This document shows, one piece after another, positions 11,993-23,878 of a stretch of 64,000 bases of DNA (its first letter is position 1; every line of letters begins with the position of its first letter). The position numbers were made by a program, and so were the translations under genes. This stretch comes from Phoronis australis (Eukaryota > Animalia > Phoronida): positions 310,001 to 374,000 of the forward strand of contig NMRA01000119.1 in assembly GCA_002633005.1 (NCBI GenBank), written 5' to 3'. The notes beneath the pieces were generated by a model. It made no database searches and was not told the DNA's origin. It saw only the letters and a program-made list of their open reading frames with translations.

Positions 11993-14900
11993 GTAACTGC
12001 CTTTTCGTGGCATGTTGTGTCACTGCACGATCCTACACAAACAACAAAAGGTCGAAAACTGTTGTATTGAATAGGGGTCTGAATAGAACACCACTGTGTG
12101 CTGGGGTTATTCACAAAGTGATTCTCGCAGTGACGTAGACAAAAGCAAGACAATATGAAAATCAGTTCATTGCATTTGCAGTTTATGGCATTACTGAGCT
12201 CAGAGCTATGCTTTTAACACACTGTAGGAACCAAATTGTGCTCAAGTGAGATTTAATCATTTTTCTGAAAAAGAGATTTTGTCTTTTTTATGAAACAGAC
12301 CCCTAGTTTGTAACATATTTTGGAAATTATGATTTTTCTATTGTTAAGTTTAACTTAATAAGGCATTTTAATAATTACACAGAAAATGAGACAATTATTT
12401 TATATTTAATACAGTTAATTCATAGTCAATAAATTGGTGAAAAAATAAGACACAACTACGATACCAGACAATCCTACAAACAAACCTGAAATCAATTGCA
12501 ACTTACACTAAATACATCCTTATCCGCACAAGCCTCAAATCCGCCGTGCAAATCCGTTACCATTGGTAATCCTGAATTGTTTGCATGGAAGATTCATTAG
12601 CAAGGCGAATTTCATGTAACACCAAAGACTACAACGGATATCTGACATATCACGTCCTCCAAGACAGCGAATTTCATCACGTGACAGCAAGCCCACTCGA
12701 CCATCATTCTGAGAACGATCCCATACCCAGAGAGTTGAATATGTTCAATGAATTTTTGTAAGTACAATACTCACATACTTACAATAGTGAAATTCATCTG
12801 GAAATTAATCAGCAAAATGAATGACTTAGATTTGCACGGATGAATTTGACGTTTATTTATATACACAAGTTTGCGATTCAAAGGCCTATTGATCCTTTTT
12901 GTTTGTGTCTATGATATTATTGTTCACACACACAATTCAGTGGTTTGCGTAGACGATTCAGTGGTTCCAGCAGATGATTTTGAGGGCTTATCTGTACAAT
13001 TGTCCGGTACCCTTGAACTAAAGAACTGGTGAAAATCACTTCCAGTTTTACCCTAAAATGTACAATATAACGCATCAACAACAGGGCATCATGTCCACCA
13101 TCATATATAAAACCGATTCACATAAGTACGAATGATGATTGACAGCTATCAGGTGGAAACTTAACTTCAGTCCATGCAGTCTAAACTTCCTTGTAAAAGA
13201 TTTGAAACGCAGACCACGCCTACATCACAATACTGTGTGTCACTGCCACAACAACAAAGTATTCCACACTTAGTATCCAGCTTCCTGTACCACCAAAAAT
13301 GTTTTCAGTAAGATCGTGTCTCCATTACTGGCCATGCTACAGACCCGGGGAAGGCAGCTGTGGCAGGGTGAAAGTTATTCTTGCAAGCAATCAAACTTTG
13401 ATCTTCTCATATTCCCAACCGACAATTCAGAGAAAATTCTGCAACTTACCAAAATTTTCAACGTGCCCGCCATTGTAAAATGGTGCAGCAGCAATCCAAC
13501 AGTTCCCAATTTTATTTAACAAAAAATAAAATTCACAAATTTATAGGAAGACCAACTACCAAGAGGTTTCAAAATCACATCTTATTAAGAAGTCAGGCTA
13601 ATAATAATGGCACTGACAAAACAATGGGGAAATGAATTGGGGTCCCCGGATAACATATTACACGAACTTCCGAAACGAGAATCTGCTTCAGCAAAATGTT
13701 TCTAATTATACAACCGTCACACTGCATTTATAACTGCCTATGCCCAAAGTACACATGAACACAAGTAGTCACGTTTTTGGTACCTGCCATGGTGTCAGTG
13801 GGTCGGCTTGTCAACAGAACCAATGTTTGCCTGAAGATATTTTTCTTTAATATTTTAAAAAGGCGGTAGGATTGTTACCAGCATATGGATGCTGAACAAC
13901 TTGATGAATATAACAGGAAACAGATTATTATTTTAAATGACTGATTCTTAAAAAATGATACAAGAAATTTGTTTTAATATAGGAGCCCTACCTGACGGTG
14001 GCCAAAAATCAGGCCCCTATTAAATAACGAGGGCCTCGCTCTTTGGTTGCCTTCAGCGGGGCCCTCTAAGTGAATGTAGTGAGGTTTGCCCGAAGGTAAC
14101 GAAAAGCTGGGTCACCTACATTTATATAGGTGGCCCCACCCCAAGAGGACATGTCATTTAAAATATTAAGCTGTTACCCTTTCAATGCCAAAATATTTGG
14201 ACAACGAGGAGCAGTAACACATTACTAAGATCACATGGATTCCTACACATTTACAACCTATAGACAGACCAAACATAAATAGTAAAGTAGTAATAATAGT
14301 AATAAATACCGGTACTTACATAATAATAACATAATTTTACAAACATAACAACAAAAATTGCCTGCACCAAATAATTAATCCTTAATTATTAGTGTAATTA
14401 ACAGTTTTATCAATTATTGAAACAAAAATGGCACTACGATGACTAATGTTAACAAATGCTACAAAACTGACTACCGGTATGCCAATATTAAAAGCATCTT
14501 GGCTCACTATTTTTTCAAAGTGAATGACAGCAACTCTGCTGAAAATTAAAGGTGCATTTCACCATTTACCTGAATAAGAAAAGAAAATTGAATTAAGCTT
14601 TATACTGTCATAAGATCGGATTTATACTATTCCTTACCATGATAGGATTCTAAACATCAAAACCTTCAGCGACTCAAGAAAACTTTTGAGAGTTGATTAG
14701 AGTTGGCCAATCCTAAAATTGTGGATTGCAAAATGGTGCATGTACGCATTGCTTGCGACTTGAGTTGGCGGCTGTTTCCGTAATAATTCAAGATCCAATG
14801 TACATGTTAAATGCTTTTAAGATCCAAAGCCATTCGGTTAAGAATTCCGAATTGATAGTTTAACAACAACGGAATGCCCCTTTAACTTTCGACCAAAAGT

Positions 14901-16319
14901 GTTGCTGAGCTCAATACAACCAGCTACGTAAATTATGTAGATGATGGAAAATTCCAGAACATGCATAAATTATGAAAATGAAAGTGAAATTTTTCTTCAC
15001 TGAAGTGTGTTTTCAAAAATGCGATCAATGTGACAATCATCTAAACTTAATATCACTTGCTCAAATCTTAGTAATATGTACTACTAGAATTGTATTGACA
15101 TAAAATGTGCTTTGTTTGTGAAGTGTTTCTTTCTAAATTCTAACTTTCAGACAAACAGTTCACCAGGTCGCCACCAGGTGGCACACATTAGAATTAACAA
15201 GTTGATAAAGTAATAAGACACAGTAACAGGAACCAGTCTACTCTAACTTATCATGTTCATGTCTTCTCAATGTAGTCTCAAGTTACCCATTCTCTCAATC
15301 ATGAGAAATGATTTGAACTGTCCGAGTTCAGCTTTTTAAAATAATTTAGAGGTTTTTCGGGGATAGGTTATAAACAGAATCCAATTCTATACTGGAGATA
15401 AAGGTATGGACATAGAAATTCCAGCCATGCTATGACCCATTTCGGACAATGGTTCCACTAGGATGTATCGAATCAGTAGCACCAAATCATTATAAAGAGA
15501 ATAAAATTGCACTAGGCTATGTTAAAAATCTAGAGTCAAACCTTGTAACCTAAACAAAAACGTAACAGACGGTCAGAAAACTAAGTGTGGTGTTTCATGC
15601 ATAATCAAAAAATATAATAAAATAGTTACAATCTTCATCTAAGAAGATGAGTCAACAGCCTGGTTCTCCAACAATGAGTTATTTTAAGATGAAACTTACG
15701 TTCAGCAATTATTACGAATAAACTGTAGTACATCAGCTTATTTCCAAAGAGCTTTCGAGATTAGAAAATTGAACTCAGTATGCTTTTGTCTCTTCTTTAA
15801 GGTGGGCAACATTCCGTGTACCATGTACGCCAGAGGTGTGCAGTGTAGAATATAAAACAAGACAGTGGCCACTGTAGCCTTTCATCTGCTACTGCTTGCT
15901 GACACAAAAACCATCTCACCAGTCCGAACGCTAGCTCCATCTGCCTGTCTAAGGAGCCCCCATACAACCTTTTTTGCTGTGGCCAAATACAACAAAATCC
16001 TGCAACTTGTCAATCCAATGGGATACTGCCCGCCGTCCAGTTCTCAACATCAATACAGTAAAACTTGCACACATGTCTGATCCAAAAGTACAAAGAGATT
16101 TTACCAGAGTGCGACTTTTCTGAAAGGTAGAGTGCTCAATCTAGTGCATCTGTGCATCAGAACTTTGTCCACGTTAAGCGCAAACCTGAGTTATGCGTGT
16201 CCGATTTAAGGAACTTTTACTGTAGTTACCGACAAACACAGTATCAACTGTCGTCCGTGAATGATGATGTGTCCATAGATGGCACACCCAGTTCCAACAG
16301 TCACAAGTGTACAAGGAAC

Positions 16320-16435
16320 TCACGAGGAGTCACAGAAACGGAAAAGCGCAACAGGAAACTGCTTTATGTGAGTCTGCCACTGTGGTGAAATTTGGAAGAA
16401 GCGAACGCTGTTCCACTGGACACCATCGATGCTTA
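16320..16435 (-). CDS. PACS2: PACS terminal coding exon
   Basis: Encodes [38 protein letters not shown] then stop, comparable to IDGVEW.D.KFFQLA.QW..HVKHFP. TGA at 16322-16320. Confidence 0.96.
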
Positions 16436-17483
16436 CTGTAAACAACAAGAAAACAGCATTTCGCCAGTGAGAAAATGCAGCAGTTAAAAAAAATCTCGCG
16501 ACAACATTTTGGACATTTTTTAGCCTCTATCATGATAAAACCGCAAGGATGCAGTTTCTTGTTCTCTGTCAACTTTTAGCAAATTCTTACATAATTTTAT
16601 CAAAAAAAAGAAAAAAACAAACAAAAAAAATAAATACATAAAAATAAAACTCAGACAAAATTAAAAATAATCAGTTCAATGAATTTCTTACAAACCATGA
16701 ACCTAAGATTGTTAAATTACAAAACTGACCAGAGCATATTCAGACAAGTTGAATAGACAGGTACTAAAATTATCAACAGCTACAAAATAATGCATTGCTT
16801 TTGACTTGGCCCCATGAAGAATTGCTTTATTCACTCCCTACGGCCCTAGAAAAATGACCAAATCTGGCTAATTTTGGAACATAATATTTCAGAAATGGCT
16901 GATCGGGTTCATACGAAACTTTCAGATGCCTAACAAGATGCACAGTTCTCCAGAATGCTGTTAGAAATCGTTTTTGACATGTTCCACATTTCCATGAGGT
17001 GCTAACAAAAATATGACTTGTATGAGTTTCATGAAAAAAAAATATCAAAATTAGCATAAAACAAAGTGATCATTTAGAAAACTAACATCTAAATCGAACG
17101 AAATTTGGTCATGTTATTACTACCATTACTAAATTTTACTAAAAACAGTCACGTGACCCAATTAATGGCGAATTGGTTCAAAGTCTAAAATCAAATTCCG
17201 TAAGCTTTCTACTCTCAGAAATATATGCATTTACTGACCTAAAATCTGCAGTTTTTCATATATTTCCCTAATTACACAGACTTGTTGTTAAGGTCTCGCA
17301 TAAACATACCAAAGGAAGTCAAGTTCCCAGCAAAGTACGAGTCATCAATAGACATTGATACAAAACTCTAGCATAAAACCAGCCAAGAACTAGTGATGGA
17401 GTTTCATTTTCACCAGTCTAGATTCAAAGCAAGTGGGCGGGTCTCACACTAATTCACCACCATCAGCATATAATAAGACCCAC

Positions 17484-17594
17484 CTTGCAGCGGTAAGTTC
17501 TGGCTCTTGGACGTGCACACCAGCCGACTGATGCCGTCAATCACTTGACTCTTGTACTCGGGCAGAATGTCTTTCTTTTTACCAATTCTCATCA
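17484..17594 (-). CDS. PACS2: PACS penultimate exon
   Basis: Encodes VMRIGKKKDILPEYKSQVIDGISRLVCTSKSQNLPLQ, comparable to KSQ.IEGISRLICT. Phase 1-1. Confidence 0.96.
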
Positions 17595-18114
17595 CTGAAA
17601 CAAGATCTACAGACTATCAATAAAACCACCTGAACAAAATTGTGCAGATAGGGCCAAAAAAGCATAGTTGGGTCTGGTCTGTACGCAAATTCATTGGGAG
17701 ACCTGTGCTCGTGATCTAAAGAAAAAAATCCACATAAATTTTTCAGCCAAAGACATTATAGCAGCTGTGTCACGACAACTAAGTGAATGCAAAGCAGTGT
17801 ATATTCAACAGCTCTGGCAAAAATAAACATTACAAGTAAACTTATCATCCCGTCCTCTCCCCTCATGCACTACTCGACCCTTTCTCAGCATGCAACACCC
17901 GAAAAGGTTAGCTACCTTTTCACAGCACATACCCCTTCAAGCTTCACCCTTCCCAACATGAAACATCTCCGTTCTCTCTGAGCACGTGCCACGTTAATCC
18001 CTGCTTCTCCCAGGATGCAATACTATTCACCCACCATTTCCCAGCATGCAATACTATTCACCCACGCTTTCCCCGCATGCCACATTTACATTCCGCCCTC
18101 TCAGCAATTCATAC

Positions 18115-18347
18115 CTTTCGGTTTCTTCTCCTTTGTCACCACGGACATGGTGAGTGCCTGTGACGAGACCTCGCCCGTAAACGGAAGGCGTGTGATGCGA
18201 ACTGACTTGAATGCTGACTTGAGACAATTCTTGTTAGTGTCTTTCTTGCTTTTGTCCTTGTCACCGGTGTCAGCTTTACCAGAGACGACCCAGTAGTCGA
18301 CTTGTAGGTCGATGTAGTCGGATGATGTAACAGATGAGTTGCTTGTG
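18115..18347 (-). CDS. PACS2: PACS exon (LQVDYW motif)
   Basis: Encodes TSNSSVTSSDYIDLQVDYWVVSG...KNCLKSAFKSVRITRLP...LTMSVVTKEKKPK. Phase 2 to 1. Confidence 0.96.
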
Positions 18348-19563
18348 CTGTGAAAGAGGAAGAGAAAGATATTATTAATATTGAGCTGTAAACATAACAC
18401 ACTGAAATAACGTTCTCGGTGGTATTCGAATTAGCCTCACGCTAAATAAATGAAAAAATCATGACCAGTCTCACAACACACATTACACAAAATAAAAAAC
18501 AAATAGTAATGCGACTGTTTATCACTGGTAAACATATCTGTAACAATTTTAATTTGGATTTAGCCAACACATGTAATCATTTAGAAAAGTTCACCGATCT
18601 GACGAAAGTGAATAACTTTAGGAACTTAATTAAGCTGAGAAATGAAACAGTTTGACAACAATATTCTGTAATAATCTTCCCTTTTTAAAGAGCAGTAAGA
18701 ACCTTTAACAGAGTGCTCAGTCATATTATAGGAAAGGCAACTGTGCCTTCTGATTAGGGAATTTTTCCACCGATGGGAAAATAGCCCCCCCATTGCCAGT
18801 TCTACCTCCTGGCTGCCATTAACTCCACTTCAGCAGTCATCACCTGTTGTCGTCTGCCTTAATTTCAGTGCAGACGAGCTAATCATTACTCGAGACAGTC
18901 AGCTCAGCTCATGGCTCTTCTACTGCACTGAGCTTTATGCAGACAAAACCAAATAATGTCTTTGTACATTCCACAAGAAGGCTGCAGACCACAAGTCCAC
19001 ACTTTGAAGTGTCACATTTTGCAATTACAAAACCTTCTGAAGCTGAGTGTCTGAGAGAGTTAAAAGTGATTCTAACATAGGGGGGAATTTTTGATCATTC
19101 CAAGGAAATTTCTGAGCCTCATTATGGAATTTCACATGTAAAATGGCTCTAAAATCGAGGCATCAAGGGCCCTGCTTTAAAGTGGAATTTGCACGCTAAT
19201 TCCTTATCTCTGTGATTGCTTAGTCAAATTACTTAGAAGCACAACATACAGTGACGATGTGAATGAGAAGTAGGTTGAAAATTGCCAAATGTTTTTAAGT
19301 TTTGCGTTGAAAAGGATCGTGATGCGGTGCTGGGGAATAACACTGCACGATGCGGGCTATGAGAGACCCCAAGGTATGCCATTAATGCAAAGGTGAGCTA
19401 TTAGCTGTATTTTTTGTTTTCACATTTACAAGTTGTCAATGAATACAACTGCAGCACTTTGTTTAGCATCGATGATGTTCAAATAGCATTGCCGTTTAGT
19501 TCCCCTGCCTTACATAAGCTTAGTTAGGAGCATGCAAATACACCTTTAAGAAACTCTCCTTAC

Positions 19564-19693
19564 CTTGTGCTAAGTGTATTGCCACCCAAACTAGGAGAGT
19601 TGGGAGGTGAGCTATCCTTCTTCTCAACAGTGGTCACCGGTGGGGAGGTAGGCGTCGCCGCAACAGTGTCTAGGTCCTCCAATGTAATGGAAA
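19564..19693 (-). CDS. PACS2: PACS exon (Ser/Pro-rich)
   Basis: Encodes VSITLEDLDTVAATPTSPPVTTVEKKDSSPPNSPSLGGNTLST, with a PP.SPS motif. gtaagg donor, phase 1 to 2. Confidence 0.87.
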
Positions 19694-19808
19694 CTAGAAG
19701 AGAGATTGAACACACGTAACTTAAAGGACTATTTTTCTGCAAAAACAACTTAATCCCAGTCTTTTCTTAAACGGAGAAGTGATCATTTATGTGCCAATAC
19801 CGTATTAC

Positions 19809-19872
19809 CTGGTGTGCGATCGCCTTGACTACCGTTTGACTCTTCAACCGAGTTGCTGCCCACTCGAACTTC
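19809..19872 (-). CDS. PACS2: PACS exon
   Basis: Encodes EVRVGSNSVEESNGSQGDRTP, comparable to VKVG following FIPF. Phase 0 to 1. Confidence 0.88.
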
Positions 19873-20558
19873 CTGCAAGAATTCACAAAAGGTAAACGTT
19901 GCATATCTGGATGAACAATGGTTTCGGTGAGTCCGAGGATAACTTTGTTCCTGGAAGCCGAGTATTTGCACAAAACTTGCAGCTAATGCTGTTGAACAAC
20001 TAGAATGCTGACTGAACAAAACACGAATGCTAACAAACCTCGCGTATCTCCAATGATCCAATGACCGTTTTACAGATGGCAAAATATGTCACATTCACGC
20101 AAAGGATTCTGGTCATCCTGAGCAATACTCCCAGCATATGTAGATATCAGTTTTATCGTAGATATAACTTACATGCAAAAGGAAGAGTGTTCAAAATCAA
20201 CTGGCCACTTAGCAAGCAGAAAACCCCCAGTTAGACAATTCCAGATTAGAGGACTTGTATCACACAAATCCATGCTATGGGACGCACACGCATTGACTTT
20301 CATAATCCACAAAAAGGTCAAATATTAAATTCAATCAATTTACAAGTAGGAATTTGAATGCCAATTACAAAATGTGCAACTGCTACAAAAAATATGAGAT
20401 ATAACTGTTTTGGTACATATGTCTATGACAGAAATACCCTAAGGAGGCGTCTTTTAAATAATGTGAGCCAAGTTTCAGATTACAAATACAAATACTGTCA
20501 CCAGCCACTAGTGGTAGCGCCACCTTAAGGCTACTAGCGGCACCTCAAGTCTACTTAC

Positions 20559-20601
20559 ATGTATAAAAGGAATGAACACTTGGGAAGACTCTTCTTCATT
20601 T
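20559..20601 (-). CDS. PACS2: PACS 43-nt exon
   Basis: Encodes NEEESSQVFIPFIH, comparable to PACS DEESSQKFIPF. ttccag| acceptor, gtaagt donor. Confidence 0.93.
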
Positions 20602-21446
20602 CTGGAAGTAAACAAAAAGCTATGTCCAGGGGTCACAGCAGGTGGTCAACCAGAAATAGGACCCCTTGGGGGTTTCCAAACTGGAAAACCAGCATAAGTC
20701 TTACACATGGTGTGAAGTACGGAGTTATTACCATTACAAGGGAAGTGGGACAAAAATCTGTCTTGTTGCTTCTTATTTCATGAACTCTATTCATAGACAA
20801 AGAAGGCACGTTTGAAAACACCAATACATAGTCAAGATAGTCACTAAATTTTTATTATCTTTAAGTTGAACCCGTACTTTCTGTACATGCCAAGTTCTGA
20901 TGAAAGCTACCTGTCATAAAATTGGCCTCAAATTGTTCCTTACTCAAATGAGGAATGATTTGCGGTTATGAAAGAACTGACAGATCGCTATGTCCTCAAA
21001 CAGCTCAGAATATTTAAGGTTACCATATGACCTGAACTATAAGCTTGGTTTGAAGAAATAACGAAATGTAAGTTCTTCCTGAGCTAATAGACCCCTTCTA
21101 AAATGAGTAAGAATCAAGTAAGATCAATTTTGTAAGGGTGAGTGACCTAGTGACCTAAATAACAGAAAGCATGGGCTTAATACTGTTGTTAAGTTCTAAA
21201 TATGTAAAAGAAAAGGAATCGCCAGTGCAATAGTTTGCATAGTAGACTCTAACTTGCGAGGCCAGAGTTCCAATCCTCAGTTCATTGGCAAACAATGAGC
21301 ATAGCTCTGGTGTTCTCTTGCATCTGAGTGATGATGGTCGTCATGGAAACCAGAGCATAGCGCTGATGAGGTTATCCTCTTTAACATACACAAACTATTA
21401 TTCAAGAGGGTATCTTGAAAGTGGTGTCACCTATCCTGTTACCCAC

Positions 21447-21657
21447 CCTTTGCCCTTGCGGGAGATCATGGCTTCAGCTATAGGTAACTGTAGCACGGAC
21501 GTGGCTCCGCTCAGATAACGTGACATCCTATTAGAGATCTCGCTGTAGTCCGCAGCGTGATTGTCTTTCTCGTAGATATCCCGCCACAAAGAGTCGCTGA
21601 ACAATGTTTGATAGGTGGTGTCGATGGAGGCCAGATATTTGGCGAGGTAACACTGGC
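21447..21657 (-). CDS. PACS2: PACS exon (Pacs-1 C-terminal domain)
   Basis: Encodes GQCYLAKYLASIDTTYQTLFSDSLWRDIYEK...RYLSGATSVLQLPIAEAMISRKGK. Phase 1 to 2. Confidence 0.96.
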
Positions 21658-21933
21658 CTGTTGACAGAGAGCAGCACTGTACAGTAATTGTTCATGCAAT
21701 CAAACATAGTATAGTGATTTCTTAGTGAGTGTATTCTCACCCAAATCAAGAAACGTGTAACACCTCTTCATTATCTTTGAACATCAGGAGACATTCAAAT
21801 TAAAGAATTGTATGGAGATATTTAATTACTAGAAAATTACTTATTAAATCTCGCGGTCTTAGTAACATTCTGACTTGAATAATTCTAAAGCTAAGGCTTT
21901 CAGAATATGAAGTGGTTTTGTAGCCAAGCTTAC

Positions 21934-22088
21934 CAAATGGAACGATCAGAAACTTGACATAAGCCTGCCAATCGGGAGATTTGACCGAGAATTGTTCCAG
22001 ATAAATACGCAGCATGGCGTTGACGAAGTTGTCACCTCCAACCAACACAATTTTGATCGGTGACGGAGTCTTGGCGTTAGAGTTACAG
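21934..22088 (-). CDS. PACS2: PACS exon (Pacs-1 C-terminal domain)
   Basis: Encodes CNSNAKTPSPIKIVLVGGDNFVNAMLRIYLEQFSVKSPDWQAYVKFLIVPF(G). Phase 2 to 1. Confidence 0.96.
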
Positions 22089-22357
22089 CTGAAACAATCA
22101 CGTGAATACGTGTAACTTATATTTAAGAATTAGTGGTTGCCTTGTTATCTCAAAGGTCACAGAAATGTTAGGAAAGAACTACTTGCAAGAGACAATATCA
22201 GAATAATTGCTAAATGGACCAAAGTGATTACTAAATTCACAATTAAATTAATTAGAGTACACCTTGCAAAGAAGTATATCAAATTAACCGAGCACATAGA
22301 AATTGAAAACTTAACCCAAAATGTCAAAAACAGAGTGCGACTTTTGAGTGTACTTAC

Positions 22358-22464
22358 AATTTCTGTAACTTGGCCATGACTGCAGACAGTGCTGCCCTCA
22401 CGTCAGCATTGGTGCAAGTACAAAGGGCCACTTGGTGAGTTTCAACCATCTTTTGGTAAAAATA
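22358..22464 (-). CDS. PACS2: PACS exon (Pacs-1 C-terminal domain)
   Basis: Encodes YFYQKMVETHQVALCTCTNADVRAALSAVMAKLQK(F). gtaagt donor, phase 0 to 2. Confidence 0.92.
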
Positions 22465-22819
22465 CTACAAAACAGCAACAATTATATCCTGATATCTTTC
22501 ATCGGATGTTTGTTAAAGCGGGTTAAAAGGCAAAAATTAGACCAATACAGTCAAATCGTGTTAGAATGTGTCGGGTTCAAAACATTCTCCTGTTGTTGAC
22601 ATACCAGTTGATACGCACATATCATTACATTCCTGTACTTCTGATGATGCATTTTACAAGCGACGACAAAACTGTGTCATCAACAAGCTGATATGGTTAC
22701 AGCAAAGTTCAGCAACAACAAACATTTTAGAAAAATCCCAAGAGGGTTCATTGCATCACAGTTTAAGGGACATTGATAGGTGAAAAAGTATCAATATACC
22801 TGGGCACGTATCAATATAC

Positions 22820-22921
22820 CTGGGCATTTTGTTCGTTTCCATTGACAAAGATGACGTTATCCGGAAGATTATCGTCAGCTGGCAATGTACTGTTAATTCT
22901 CTCAATCAGCACCTTACGAGG
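22820..22921 (-). CDS. PACS2: PACS exon (start of C-terminal region)
   Basis: Encodes PRKVLIERINSTLPADDNLPDNVIFVNGNEQNAQ, comparable to PACS PRK..YDQLN.IL.SDD.LPE.IILVN. Phase 0-0. Confidence 0.93.
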
Positions 22922-23280
22922 CTGAAAAAGGACAAACCATGAGCAATTCCTTAATATACCACCATTATTTCAGAACACCTGATAGACAAGCAGACGGAAG
23001 TTCCACCAATGGTTTACAAGCCTGTAAATGTCAACAACTGATGTCACCGACTTCTGGCAGATACTGCTACAACCTTCAGCTTCGAAGTGAAATATTCCAT
23101 GAATCTCCTTCACTTGCTTCTCTAAATTCATGGAATTTCAGGAAGAATCTACGCGAAACTAAGACAAAACAGCAGTTTAAAAACGGAAGGAATGGAATTT
23201 CGTCATGTGCCAATACAATTATGAGTTGAAAAAAAGATGCTGTAGAGCAAAATTTTTTGTTACGGCCACTAACACAGTCA

Positions 23281-23584
23281 GACTAGACAAGACTAGACTA
23301 GACAAGACTAGACTAACACTAGACAAACACTAGACTACCACTAGACAAACACTAGACTAACACTAGACAAACACTAGACAAACACTAGACTAACACTAGA
23401 CTAACACTAGACAAACACTAGACTAACACTAGACTAACACTAGACAAAAACTAGACTAACACTAGACTAACACTAGACTAACACTAGACAATTACTAGAC
23501 TAACACTAAACTAACACTAGACTAACACGAGACAAACACTAGACTAACACTAGACTAACACTAGACTAACACTAGACTAACACA
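23281..23584. repeat. Microsatellite-like array of 11-bp units (ACTAGACTAAC / ACTAGACAAAC)
   Basis: Directly visible, immediately inside a PACS intron next to the donor at 23593. Confidence 0.95.
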
Positions 23585-23593
23585 GTCAAGTAC

Positions 23594-23878
23594 CTTCTCA
23601 TCAGGAGCATGCAGCTCGTGGCCAAAACTACTCTCTCGCTCCAGATGTGGTGTCTTCTGCTCTCGCTGTTCCTTTTTACCCTTTTTGTCCTTGGCAGACG
23701 TCTGCTTCTCTTTGTCTTTGTCCTTGTCTTTGTCCTTCTCTTTGTCCTTGTCTCGCGATGCAAACACTTTGACCTTGAATGAGGGTGACTTGGGACGATC
23801 AACCACAGTAACCTTTTTGTCATCCTTAGGAGGACTATTGTCTGCTAGCGTTTCCAACTCATGGTCAGTCAGGTTATC
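23594..23878 (-). CDS. PACS2: PACS exon (low-complexity K/D-rich middle region)
   Basis: Encodes DNLTDHELETLADNSPPKDDKK...RDKDKEKDKDKDKDKEK...HAPDEK. 285 nt open frame, ttgtag| acceptor, gtactt donor, phase 0-0 fits its neighbours. Confidence 0.82.
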
